Below, one piece after another: positions 52,606 through 62,089 of a stretch of 64,000 nt of DNA. Each line of letters begins with the position of its first letter. The stretch's first letter is position 1. The position numbers and the translations under genes are program-made. The notes under the pieces are model-generated. The model did not search any database. It was not told the origin of the DNA and was given only the letters and a program-made list of their open reading frames with translations. This stretch comes from Escherichia phage HX01. The stretch lies in sequence record NC_018855.1. One strand, 5' to 3'.

Positions 52606-52893
52606 ATGGATTTTATGCAAAAAATTAAAGCCGCAGTCGAACTGTATGCTCATCGTATGGTTAGTTCTACGATGCAATATAGCGAGGAGGTTCGCCAGGA
52701 CTCTTCCTTGAAAGGAAAAACTAAAGCCTTAATTACCTTAGACCGTCTACAAAAGAATGCCCTAGAGTTGTTCCAGTACGACAAGGATGCATATAAGAAA
52801 GAACAGGAAGAGAAACTTAAATCCGAAAAATTACAGAAAGTCCCGAAGTCTGTTTGGTTCAGTGGAAAAAATACCGAAAAAAGTTTCTTTTAG
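52606..52893 (+). CDS. Hypothetical protein
   Basis: 95 aa, RBS AAAGAGGA. Confidence 0.5.
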   Translation: MDFMQKIKAAVELYAHRMVSSTMQYSEEVRQDSSLKGKTKALITLDRLQKNALELFQYDKDAYKKEQEEKLKSEKLQKVPKSVWFSGKNTEKSFF

Positions 52894-52895
52894 TT

Positions 52896-52935
52896 GTTTA
52901 CAAGGTCTATGGTTATGTTATTATAGACCTATCAA
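52896..52935 (+). promoter_or_regulatory. T4-type early promoter embedded in stem-loop
   Basis: GTTTAC, 17-nt spacer, TATTAT; inverted repeat GGTCTAT...ATAGACC. Confidence 0.55.
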
Positions 52936-52951
52936 CTACTGGAGGTAAAAC

Positions 52952-53479
52952 ATGAACGCTAAAGATATTTTCAACCTGGTAAATTATAACGACGGTAAAT
53001 TTAAATCTGAAGCACAAAGCAAGTTCTTTAATGACGTTGCTTATGGTAACGAGATTACCGTGGACGGAGGTCAGATTTTCAAATCTCGCTGGAATTGGAT
53101 TGCTATCATCGATTCAGTTGGAATTGTGGAAGTCTACAAAAACACTAACAAAAAACGTACATTATTCTGGTCTCGTGAAACTAACGAGCAGTACAAAAAG
53201 GATAAAGCATCTCGTTTATCCAAAGTAACCCAGGAAGATATCGAGTTTATCAAGAAAGATATCGAGATGTACGAAAATTTAATCGCTGAAGACCAGGCAG
53301 TACTCGATAAGTTTGATGAAATTAAAGCTTCTCGTGAAATCCCTGACTTCATGAAAGAAACAGTAAACGAACGATACGCTCTCACTTCAGAACGTATTGC
53401 AAACTATACAAAACAGAAAGCAGAACGTATTAGTACTCTTCGGAAATTTGAAGAACGTTTAAAGACGGTTCACGCATAA
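52952..53479 (+). CDS. Hypothetical protein
   Basis: 175 aa ORF. Confidence 0.55.
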   Translation: MNAKDIFNLVNYNDGKFKSEAQSKFFNDVAYGNEITVDGGQIFKSRWNWIAIIDSVGIVEVYKNTNKKRTLFWSRETNEQYKKDKASRLSKVTQEDIEFIKKDIEMYENLIAEDQAVLDKFDEIKASREIPDFMKETVNERYALTSERIANYTKQKAERISTLRKFEERLKTVHA

Positions 53480-53541
53480 ACGCTTTACCCAAGGACGGGT
53501 TATAATGGTTTTGAGTTCCAATTCAATCTGAGGAAATAGAT

Positions 53542-54537
53542 ATGAGCATTACATCTGATGCGGTAAAACATGAAATTAACGGTTTATGTGCTTCACAGAT
53601 TAAAGTATGGTTTAAAGACCATAATGATCGCAGAGCACTTAATTATGAGCAAATTGCTATCCAAGTTCATCAATTACTGACTAGTAAATTTGATTTTCAT
53701 ATGCCGTCTGAAATCTATACTAATCTACCGCGAGCGCTTATTAAAGCGTGTAAAGGTTACGGAAAATCAATGGCCGATGGAATCTTCAGCGCGCTGAATA
53801 AACTTAACGTTCTGTCGATGATTAACTCTAACAACATCCTGCGTAATCTAGGACGTACTGATTTGTTCGGTCGTGAACAGTGTAAAATGCCTTTGAAATG
53901 GATTGTTGCTCATCTTAACGAGAACCAAACACGTTTTATGGCCGTATCAGCACGCTTACAAATGGGCCTAGATCGTCAGATGAACTTTAAAACTCATCCA
54001 CGGTATTCAGGTTCAACAGACTTTTATAAATGTGAGCTTCAAAAGGTTGCAGGTAAAACTGTCTTAGTAGTTCGTGTAACGTTTGAAGGACGACGTCAAG
54101 GATATTTTGACCTAATCGGCTCTGGTCTTAAACATTGTGGATTTATTGACGAAGTTGATATTAAGCGAGACGGCATTGGATACCGTATTGGATATGTTTG
54201 TACTCTTAAAGAAGAGATTTCAGGACCAGCACCAGGACTAAAAGACGTTAGATATAAAGACGAGCTTGTTGAAGAAATAAAAGAAGTTGAATATGATATC
54301 AACCAAGAAGATGCTCTTAAAGACCTTATTGATGAACTAAACCAAGACATTATTCCGGTTCAGAAATTTGAATCAAAACATGTTGAGCAAATCAAATACT
54401 TTGAAGCTTTGATTAACGAACTTAATGTAACTATTCAACAGACTGATGATGAAATCTCACGATTAGCAGGCTTAAATGGTAAAAATAAAACGGAACGAGC
54501 TAATCTTATTCAAGTAGTAAAACTTCTTAAGGAATGA
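53542..54537 (+). CDS. Hypothetical 331-aa protein with C-terminal coiled coil (tandem family member 1)
   Basis: Long ORF, RBS GAGGAAA, C-terminal heptad-rich tail. Confidence 0.6.
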   Translation: MSITSDAVKHEINGLCASQIKVWFKDHNDRRALNYEQIAIQVHQLLTSKFDFHMPSEIYTNLPRALIKACKGYGKSMADGIFSALNKLNVLSMINSNNILRNLGRTDLFGREQCKMPLKWIVAHLNENQTRFMAVSARLQMGLDRQMNFKTHPRYSGSTDFYKCELQKVAGKTVLVVRVTFEGRRQGYFDLIGSGLKHCGFIDEVDIKRDGIGYRIGYVCTLKEEISGPAPGLKDVRYKDELVEEIKEVEYDINQEDALKDLIDELNQDIIPVQKFESKHVEQIKYFEALINELNVTIQQTDDEISRLAGLNGKNKTERANLIQVVKLLKE

Positions 54538-54566
54538 TGTACAACCAGGGATGGTTGGAGTATAAT
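54538..54566 (+). promoter_or_regulatory. T4-type early promoter with CAACCA/TGGTTG stem-loop
   Basis: TGTACA, 17-nt spacer, TATAAT; near-duplicate of 55533 promoter. Confidence 0.55.
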
Positions 54567-54592
54567 AAATTTTTCAACATGAGGAATATAAA

Positions 54593-55528
54593 ATGGCTTC
54601 TATTACACGTAGAGAACTTATCAAAGAATTTACCTCGAACGCATATACCCCAGGACCTAATCCTATCCGTATGCCTGTAAAGACTCCTGAAGAGATTGAG
54701 GAAATCTGTTCATATTATGGGATTAATTCTCGTAAGTTTACTCAATTTGAATGCGTTACTAACACACCCGTTAAAGAGTTCATTAAAAATGGTGAGTTCA
54801 GCCGTTTATTAGCCAAACAGAAACTTCGTAATTTTTGTATTGGCGGTGAAGGACAATATTTCGCTAAGCAGTTCAGGAATAACCTTAACAATCTGATGGC
54901 CATTGCTTCTCGTATTCGTCCTCAAGCAATTAACATGAAACATTTGAAATATACTTACGATAAGTTAGAAATCATGGTTATCAGTGAGAACGAGTTCACT
55001 CTTACGTATAAACCTAAGAATGATAACGTTGCTCGTGTATTCCACCAAGCGTTGGAAGTGTTAGGTGATAATATCCACCAGATTAAAGCAATTTATTCTC
55101 GTGAGCTTAATATTATCAACCCTATCAAGAATAAGGGCCATATCGCTATCCAGGCTCGTGTATCTATTGGTAAAAAGGTTCCTGCGCCATGGTGGCACAA
55201 AGACTCTGAATACTATCAAAATCTTAAAAAGGAAAATGCAACGTTCGAAGCGTCAATTACTACAACCCCAATTGGCAATGCTGAAGTTCAAGGTGCATAT
55301 TTTACTGCTCCATCTATATACACTTCACCGTCGACTAAACTGGAAATCTCTAACGGTCTTCTTCCTGCCGAAGATTACTATTATAATCAAATCAAAGCCA
55401 CTGTGGACCAACTGTCTGTTGAACTTGACAAAGCACAAGCTAAGCTTCGTGATGCTCAACAAGTAGTTACCAAGCTCCAGTTGCAGTACTCTAAACTTTT
55501 TAACGCAATGAATGCATTAAAATCATAA
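54593..55528 (+). CDS. Hypothetical 311-aa protein with C-terminal coiled coil (tandem family member 2)
   Basis: Long ORF with own early promoter; C-terminal heptad-rich tail. Confidence 0.6.
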   Translation: MASITRRELIKEFTSNAYTPGPNPIRMPVKTPEEIEEICSYYGINSRKFTQFECVTNTPVKEFIKNGEFSRLLAKQKLRNFCIGGEGQYFAKQFRNNLNNLMAIASRIRPQAINMKHLKYTYDKLEIMVISENEFTLTYKPKNDNVARVFHQALEVLGDNIHQIKAIYSRELNIINPIKNKGHIAIQARVSIGKKVPAPWWHKDSEYYQNLKKENATFEASITTTPIGNAEVQGAYFTAPSIYTSPSTKLEISNGLLPAEDYYYNQIKATVDQLSVELDKAQAKLRDAQQVVTKLQLQYSKLFNAMNALKS

Positions 55529-55532
55529 ATCA

Positions 55533-55562
55533 GTTTACAACCAAGGATGGTTGGAGTATAAT
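55533..55562 (+). promoter_or_regulatory. T4-type early promoter with CAACCA/TGGTTG stem-loop
   Basis: GTTTAC, 18-nt spacer, TATAAT. Confidence 0.55.
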
Positions 55563-55590
55563 CTTTCTATCTTAACGAGAGGAAAATATT

Positions 55591-56541
55591 ATGACACGTT
55601 CACATTACATTGATTATTTTGCAGGTCTTATCGCTAACGTTCATGCCCAACGTGCTTCTGGTTCATTAGGATTTGATGTTCCACACCGAGTTGTAGTAAG
55701 TGGTATTCTTCGCGATTTTGGTACATACACAGGCCAAGAAAATCATATCTGTAAAGATACTCAGAATGCATATTCTCATTCATTAGGGACACTGCTTCAA
55801 TGGTTCAAACGTTCTCGTTTATTATCTTCTACTGTAGCTCGCGATAACATTAAAAACTTTATGAAGCCGAGCTTTATTAAATCTGTGACATCTAAAACCG
55901 ATTTGGTTGAATTCACTATTGTTAATGATGTTAAAAAGACTCATTTGGCTGATTGGTTATCTACCATTCCTGAAACTAAATTTGCTGATAAATTTGCTTG
56001 TCAGTTCAATGACCAAGTGAATATGCTTTTTAAGCATGCTCGTAAACTATTTACTGCAGGTGATGACCGTACAAATACAGTTCATGTTAAGGATTGGGTT
56101 ATTGCTGATGAAGTAACACATAAGCCAGGTGGTTCATCAGTATTAATTAATATTCAGGTTCCTTATTATTACTCACGTAATCTCGGCACCATGAACTCTA
56201 AAGAAATTAATAAGCACAACAAAACTATTCGTTCGTTGTCTTATAAACTCCGCATGATGTTAAAAATTATGGACGTAGTGGAAATGTATGACGAAACCGA
56301 AGATAATGGTTCAATGTTATACAGTTCACGCATTCTAATTAAACTGAAGAACCCTAATACATATAAGCCAAATGTAAAAGAACCTAAAGTAGAAAAGGTT
56401 GATAACCTGAGCGAAGAACGTGAATATCTCAAATCTCGACTAGTTGAAGTTGAAGTCCAGATTGCCGAACACACCAAATTGTTAAAAGCTCTTAATGCAA
56501 AAGCAAATGGTTTACGTAATGCTATTGAGGTATTGAAATGA
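55591..56541 (+). CDS. Hypothetical 316-aa protein with C-terminal coiled coil (tandem family member 3)
   Basis: Long ORF with own early promoter; C-terminal heptad-rich tail. Confidence 0.6.
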   Translation: MTRSHYIDYFAGLIANVHAQRASGSLGFDVPHRVVVSGILRDFGTYTGQENHICKDTQNAYSHSLGTLLQWFKRSRLLSSTVARDNIKNFMKPSFIKSVTSKTDLVEFTIVNDVKKTHLADWLSTIPETKFADKFACQFNDQVNMLFKHARKLFTAGDDRTNTVHVKDWVIADEVTHKPGGSSVLINIQVPYYYSRNLGTMNSKEINKHNKTIRSLSYKLRMMLKIMDVVEMYDETEDNGSMLYSSRILIKLKNPNTYKPNVKEPKVEKVDNLSEEREYLKSRLVEVEVQIAEHTKLLKALNAKANGLRNAIEVLK

Positions 56542-56855
56542 AAAAGCGTCTATTAGAAGATATTGCAGCTTCAAGTAATTCCAGTCTAATTAAAATTATT
56601 ATGGCTGGTGAAGAAGACGATTTAGAAATGCGCGGAAAGATTCATGGTTGTGACGATTTAGATTTTAAACCTCCGGCTTGGGATGCCATTATGGCTATGG
56701 TTAAACGTCGCGAAAGGGCTTCTAAAAACGTTCCTAATTGTCCTGAATGTGGTACTGAACAGGTTCAATTAGTTCATTGGCAGACTAGTAATCTTCGTTA
56801 TAAATGCCGTCATTGTAAACACCGATTTGACCGAGAAGAAAATGACAAAGCGTAA
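56538..56855 (+). CDS. Zn-ribbon hypothetical protein
   Basis: 105 aa with CPECG...CRHC four-Cys cluster. Confidence 0.5.
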
Positions 56856-57084
56856 AGAATATATGGAGACTGCTGAAAAGGCAGTCCGTGAATTAGCAAT
56901 AGCGTATTATAATGAACACGGTAAATTTCCTGATAGATACAGCGTGCTTAAATCTGCTTTAACTCGTTCATATAAAAATATGCTATCAGAAGTAAGTGAT
57001 ATTATATACAAACATAAAGAACAAACAGGTCAAAGTCTTGATTACGACGAGACTTTTAAACAAGTACTAGGAATTAAGGAATAA
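56842..57084 (+). CDS. Hypothetical protein
   Basis: 80 aa from ATG 56842; start uncertain. Confidence 0.45.
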
Positions 57085-57085
57085 T

Positions 57086-57349
57086 ATGTTTAAAGTATAT
57101 GGTTATGATAGCAGCATCCATAAATGTGTGTATTGCGATAATGCAAAACGTCTTTTGACCGTAAAGAAACAGCCGTTTGAATTTATCAACATTATGCCGA
57201 AAAAAGGTGTTTTTGATGATGAGAAAATTGCTGAGCTTCTGACTAAACTAGGTCGTGATACTCAAATTGGACTGACGATGCCACAAGTATTTGCTCCTGA
57301 TGGAAGTCATATTGGTGGATTTGACCAATTGCGGGAATACTTTAAATGA
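57086..57349 (+). CDS. nrdC: Thioredoxin/glutaredoxin NrdC
   Basis: MFKVYGYDSSIHKCVYCDNAKRLL... 87 aa, matches T4 NrdC by recall. Confidence 0.9.
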   Translation: MFKVYGYDSSIHKCVYCDNAKRLLTVKKQPFEFINIMPKKGVFDDEKIAELLTKLGRDTQIGLTMPQVFAPDGSHIGGFDQLREYFK

Positions 57350-57561
57350 TGCTTGAAGGAACTGATTATATCCATGACTACCGCGGAAGCGCGGTATATG
57401 TAGGTGATGAAGTCGCAGTTTATTATGGGTATGGAACTTTGATGACAGCAAAGGTTATTCAAATTAAAAATAATCATGCTAAACTCGAAGTTTATTATTC
57501 TAACGGTGAAAAGTCTATTTCTAAATGGAAATACGGCGATTGTATGGTCAAACTGGGGTAA
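57346..57561 (+). CDS. Hypothetical protein
   Basis: 71 aa, ATGA overlap with nrdC stop. Confidence 0.45.
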   Translation: MMLEGTDYIHDYRGSAVYVGDEVAVYYGYGTLMTAKVIQIKNNHAKLEVYYSNGEKSISKWKYGDCMVKLG

Positions 57562-57563
57562 AT

Positions 57564-57734
57564 ATGATTTACGATATTAGTGTATCAAGAACTCCGTCAA
57601 TGGTTACTATTCCTGCTGAAGAATTAGATCGTCTTCAGAAAATTGAAGAGCTTCTTTGGGAAATTGAATCTGATTTGCCATCAGGATTAGAATCCTGGAT
57701 TGATTATGAAGAACTTAATAAATTGCGAAATTAA
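57564..57734 (+). CDS. Small acidic hypothetical protein
   Basis: 56 aa from ATG 57564. Confidence 0.4.
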   Translation: MIYDISVSRTPSMVTIPAEELDRLQKIEELLWEIESDLPSGLESWIDYEELNKLRN

Positions 57735-57744
57735 GTGGTGACAA

Positions 57745-58065
57745 ATGACTATTGAAAATAAATTAGATGTTGATGCAGTTCTGAGTGAAATCATCGAAGA
57801 CCATGACGCATTTTCAGAAAATTATGATTTCGATTTTTCGGATTATCTTAAACCTGTCGAAATAGAAGATTGGGTACAAGATGGCAAATGCCAATATCGG
57901 CAGTGCGTTTATTTTAGTCCAAAACATAACGTTCATGTGTCTGTAAATGAATCTCGCTCAGGTTCTTACCATTCTGACTGGTATTATGCAGTTCCGACTG
58001 TTGAACTAGTTGAGCCTCGTGAACGTGTAGTAACTCAGACAATACGAGAATGGATTACGCTATAA
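57745..58065 (+). CDS. Hypothetical protein
   Basis: 106 aa ORF. Confidence 0.5.
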   Translation: MTIENKLDVDAVLSEIIEDHDAFSENYDFDFSDYLKPVEIEDWVQDGKCQYRQCVYFSPKHNVHVSVNESRSGSYHSDWYYAVPTVELVEPRERVVTQTIREWITL

Positions 58066-58188
58066 AACCTTGGTGGGCGGCTAGATGGGAAACAGTAGAG
58101 CCAGAGCCGGAAGAACCGGTTTACACTGATGAAGAAACAGTATATAATGAACCAACGATAAATGACTTAATTGATATGGAGATGGGAT

Positions 58189-58635
58189 ATGATTGCAGTA
58201 GATAAGTGGTTTAGAATTAATCGTGCTGATAAAGGGCTGTGTAATTACTGGCCGGAACTTAGTGCAGGTACTGTCTTTAAAGTTCGTGAACTCGCAAAAG
58301 AATGCGAAGATGATATAGAACCTGATATTGGAATTATTGAAATTGAACTTTCTGATGGAAAGATTATTAACATCTATGATAAGCCAATTACGTATTGGTG
58401 CTTGTGGAATACTGAATCCGCAGAAAATGGCGAGATTGAAGAAGTTGTAGAACGAGTTGATCAAGCTATTCATAAACCTAAAGCTGGATTTCAGGGTGAA
58501 CGTATTTCATATGCATTATCTAAATCGGCGTTGAAAAAAGATATTGATGATTACGAAGGAAATTTGATGCAAGCTGCGGCAGAATATATTGAATGGCTTG
58601 AAACTCAAATTTCTTTTTCTGACCGAGCGTTTTAA
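58189..58635 (+). CDS. Hypothetical protein
   Basis: 148 aa from ATG 58189 (RBS GGAGATGGG); ORF-track start 58171 is TTG. Confidence 0.5.
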   Translation: MIAVDKWFRINRADKGLCNYWPELSAGTVFKVRELAKECEDDIEPDIGIIEIELSDGKIINIYDKPITYWCLWNTESAENGEIEEVVERVDQAIHKPKAGFQGERISYALSKSALKKDIDDYEGNLMQAAAEYIEWLETQISFSDRAF

Positions 58636-58684
58636 TACTTGAAAATAATAAATACCTTTATCTATTCAAGGTAAGGGTTTTATT

Positions 58685-59158
58685 ATGTTATTGACTGGCA
58701 AATTATATAAAGAAGAAAAACAGAAATTTTATAATGCACAAAACGGTAAATGCTTAATTTGCCAACGAGAACTAAATCCTGATGTTCAAGCTAATCACCT
58801 TGACCATGACCATGAATTAAATGGACCAAAAGCAGGAAAGGTGCGTGGATTGCTCTGTAATCTTTGCAATGCTGCGGAAGGTCAAATGAAGCACAAATTT
58901 AATCGTTCTGGCTTAAAGGGACAAGGTGTTGATTATCTTGAATGGTTGGAAAATTTACTTACTTATTTAAAATCCGATTACACCCAAAATAATATTCACC
59001 CTAACTTCGTTGGAGATAAATCAAAGGAATTTTCTCGTTTAGGAAAAGAGGAAATGATGGCTGAGATGCTTCAAAGAGGATTTGAATATAATGAATCTGA
59101 CACTAAAACACAATTAATAGCTTCATTTAAGAAGCAGCTTAGAAAGAGTTTAAAATGA
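58685..59158 (+). CDS. 49: Endonuclease VII (Holliday junction resolvase) gp49
   Basis: MLLTGKLYKEEKQKFYNAQNGKCLICQRELNPDVQANHLDHDHELNGPKAGKVRGLLCNLCNAAEG... essentially T4 endo VII by recall. Confidence 0.92.
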   Translation: MLLTGKLYKEEKQKFYNAQNGKCLICQRELNPDVQANHLDHDHELNGPKAGKVRGLLCNLCNAAEGQMKHKFNRSGLKGQGVDYLEWLENLLTYLKSDYTQNNIHPNFVGDKSKEFSRLGKEEMMAEMLQRGFEYNESDTKTQLIASFKKQLRKSLK

Positions 59159-60972
59159 CAATTGAAAAAGAAATTGAAGGATTGATTCATAAAACTAATA
59201 AAGACCTTTTGAACGAGAATGCTAATAAAGATTCTCGTGTTTTTCCAACTCAACGGGACCTTATGGCTGGTATTGTGTCTAAGCACATTGCCAAAAATAT
59301 GGTCCCGTCTTTTATTATGAAAGCACATGAAAGCGGAATTATCCATTTCCATGATATTGATTATTCCCCTGCTCTTCCATTTACTAATTGCTGTTTAGTA
59401 GATTTAAAAGGAATGCTTGAAAACGGGTTTAAGCTAGGTAATGCTCAAATTGAAACGCCTAAATCGATTGGTGTTGCTACTGCAATTATGGCACAAATTA
59501 CCGCACAGGTTGCTTCACATCAGTACGGCGGAACGACTTTTGCTAATGTAGATAAAGTACTTTCTCCTTATGTTAAACGCACCTATGCAAAACATATTGA
59601 GGATGCAGAAAAATGGCAAATCGCTGATGCGTTGAATTATGCCCAATCTAAAACAGAAAAAGACGTATACGATGCATTTCAAGCTTATGAGTATGAAGTA
59701 AATACTCTTTTTAGCTCAAACGGTCAAACGCCTTTTGTAACAATTACATTTGGTACTGGAACTGACTGGACTGAACGAATTATTCAGAAAGCAATTCTTA
59801 AAAACCGCATTAAAGGCCTTGGTCGTGATGGAATAACTCCTATTTTCCCTAAACTTGTTATGTTCATTGAAGAGGGTGTCAATCTTTATAAAGACGACCC
59901 GAACTATGATATTAAGCAGCTTGCTCTAGAGTGTGCAAGCAAAAGAATGTATCCTGATATTATTTCAGTTAAGAACAATAAAGCTATCACTGGTTCATCT
60001 ATTCCTGTTTCTCCAATGGGTTGTCGTAGTTTCTTGAGTGTATGGAAAGATTCGACTGGAAATGAAATTCTTGATGGACGTAATAATCTTGGTGTTGTAA
60101 CACTGAATCTTCCTCGTATTGCGTTAGATTCTTATATTGGAACACAATTCAATGAACAGAAATTTGTTGAGCTATTTAATGAACGAATGGATCTGTGTTT
60201 TGAAGCCTTGATGTGTAGAATTAGTTCTTTAAAGGGTGTTAAAGCAACTGTTGCTCCTATTCTTTACCAAGAAGGTGCATTCGGGGTTCGTCTTAAACCT
60301 GATGACGATATAATTGAGTTATTTAAAAACGGTAGAAGTTCAGTGTCCCTAGGATACATTGGTATTCACGAATTGAATATTCTTGTCGGACGTGATATTG
60401 GACAGGAAATTTTGACTAAAATGAATGCTCGTCTTAAGCAGTGGACTGAAAGAACCGGTTTTGCTTTTAGCTTGTATTCTACTCCTGCTGAAAACCTGTG
60501 CTATCGCTTCTGTAAACTTGATACAGAAAAATATGGAAGTGTAAAGGATGTTACTGATAAAGGCTGGTACACTAACAGTTTCCATGTTTCAGTAGAAGAA
60601 AATATCACTCCGTTTGAAAAGATTTCTCGCGAAGCCCCATATCATTTCATTGCGACAGGTGGTCACATTTCTTATGTTGAACTTCCTGATATGAAAAATA
60701 ACCTAAAAGGTCTTGAGGCTGTATGGGATTATGCTGCACAGCATTTAGATTATTTTGGTGTTAATATGCCAGTAGATAAATGTTTTACATGTGGAAGTAC
60801 CCATGAAATGACTCCTACTGAAAACGGATTTGTTTGTTCTATTTGTGGAGAAACTGATCCTAAAAAGATGAACACCATAAGAAGAACATGCGGTTATCTT
60901 GGAAATCCGAACGAACGCGGATTTAATCTCGGCAAAAATAAAGAAATCATGCATAGGGTTAAACACCAATGA
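59155..60972 (+). CDS. nrdD: Anaerobic ribonucleotide reductase NrdD, uninterrupted
   Basis: 605 aa, C-terminal glycyl-radical motif RTCGYLG and Cys cluster; no intron. Confidence 0.92.
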   Translation: MTIEKEIEGLIHKTNKDLLNENANKDSRVFPTQRDLMAGIVSKHIAKNMVPSFIMKAHESGIIHFHDIDYSPALPFTNCCLVDLKGMLENGFKLGNAQIETPKSIGVATAIMAQITAQVASHQYGGTTFANVDKVLSPYVKRTYAKHIEDAEKWQIADALNYAQSKTEKDVYDAFQAYEYEVNTLFSSNGQTPFVTITFGTGTDWTERIIQKAILKNRIKGLGRDGITPIFPKLVMFIEEGVNLYKDDPNYDIKQLALECASKRMYPDIISVKNNKAITGSSIPVSPMGCRSFLSVWKDSTGNEILDGRNNLGVVTLNLPRIALDSYIGTQFNEQKFVELFNERMDLCFEALMCRISSLKGVKATVAPILYQEGAFGVRLKPDDDIIELFKNGRSSVSLGYIGIHELNILVGRDIGQEILTKMNARLKQWTERTGFAFSLYSTPAENLCYRFCKLDTEKYGSVKDVTDKGWYTNSFHVSVEENITPFEKISREAPYHFIATGGHISYVELPDMKNNLKGLEAVWDYAAQHLDYFGVNMPVDKCFTCGSTHEMTPTENGFVCSICGETDPKKMNTIRRTCGYLGNPNERGFNLGKNKEIMHRVKHQ

Positions 60973-61439
60973 ATTATGATAGATTTTATCCTTGCGATTT
61001 TGTGAATGGCCCTGGTTGCAGGGTCGTTCTTTTCGTTACAGGTTGTTTGCATAAATGCGAAGGGTGTTATAATAAATCAACATGGAACGCTAGAAATGGT
61101 ATTCCATTCACGGGTGAAACACTGGAACAATTAATTGAATGTTTGAATAATGATTATATAGAAGGATTAACTATAACTGGAGGAGACCCTCTCTATCCTG
61201 ATAACCGAGATGTTGTTCATTGCATTGTTCAAACAGTAAAAAATCTTTATCAAAATAAAAGCATTTGGTTGTGGACAGGATATAAGTTTGAAGATATTAA
61301 ACAACTAGAAATGCTTAAATATGTTGATGTTATTATTGATGGGAAGTATGAGAAAAATCTTCCGACCAAAAAACTGTGGCGAGGATCAGATAATCAGCGA
61401 CTTTGGTCAAATACCGATGGGGTGTGGAAACATGATTAA
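60969..61439 (+). CDS. nrdG: Anaerobic RNR activase NrdG (radical SAM)
   Basis: 156 aa, CxxxCxxC-type cluster (GCLHKCEGCYN); ATGA overlap with nrdD. Confidence 0.9.
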   Translation: MNYDRFYPCDFVNGPGCRVVLFVTGCLHKCEGCYNKSTWNARNGIPFTGETLEQLIECLNNDYIEGLTITGGDPLYPDNRDVVHCIVQTVKNLYQNKSIWLWTGYKFEDIKQLEMLKYVDVIIDGKYEKNLPTKKLWRGSDNQRLWSNTDGVWKHD

Positions 61440-61553
61440 ATTGAATTATATTATGGATACTATAAATGATATGATTTTTCATTTTGGTCCAGAATTTTAT
61501 TCGCAGTATAGTTTGGTGTTTATCAATGTTTGGTTAATCAATTAAGGGTAAAT

Positions 61554-61769
61554 ATGTATAAATTTCGTAAAGGTTTAGCTGATTTTCTTACAACTGTAAC
61601 GTTCTTTTTGTTTATGGCAGTTGGAGCTATTTTTCTTATTCCTTTTACTGTTGTATTTTTCTTGATTAGTTTAATTTCTCCGGAAAAGGGATTATCCTCC
61701 AGCGAATTCAATGAACGTTTGGACAAAATTACTAATAAACTGAATTCTGTTCTTGATAAAAAGGCTTAA
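61554..61769 (+). CDS. Small membrane protein
   Basis: 71 aa from ATG 61554, one long hydrophobic helix. Confidence 0.45.
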   Translation: MYKFRKGLADFLTTVTFFLFMAVGAIFLIPFTVVFFLISLISPEKGLSSSEFNERLDKITNKLNSVLDKKA

Positions 61770-61771
61770 TT

Positions 61772-62089
61772 ATGATTAGTTTTGAGCGGTATGTGGTAGA
61801 GAGTTGGAAAGGTTTTGATATGTTCGGTAATGACTATTATTTCTATGAATGTAGTCTAAATCCTAGTTTTTGGGCTGGACGTGAACGAGAACTCGAAGAA
61901 ATTAATAACCGTGCCGAATTGTTAGGTGAATTACCTACGGTTTATTTTACCTTTGATGCATCTGGATTTGTTATCCAGGTTTATTTTCCTGAAGAAAACT
62001 CTGGTGATGATTCTGTTAATCCTCCTTATTGGGCTTACCAAGGAATTATTTCTCGTGGAACAAAACTCGAACTTAAAGAACAAGATTGA
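61772..62089 (+). CDS. Hypothetical protein
   Basis: 105 aa ORF. Confidence 0.5.
   Translation: MISFERYVVESWKGFDMFGNDYYFYECSLNPSFWAGRERELEEINNRAELLGELPTVYFTFDASGFVIQVYFPEENSGDDSVNPPYWAYQGIISRGTKLELKEQD

Noticed and set aside
52505-52711. 68-codon ORF in the 52468-52605 intergenic region
   Set aside because: Overlaps a predicted hairpin and the start of the better-supported 52606 ORF, has no RBS, and its product looks non-protein-like.
61926-62084. N-terminal extension of the thioredoxin-like ORF given in the ORF track (start 61926)
   Set aside because: The extension overlaps the 61772-62089 gene in another frame and encodes hydrophobic low-complexity sequence; the conserved redox domain begins near 62085.
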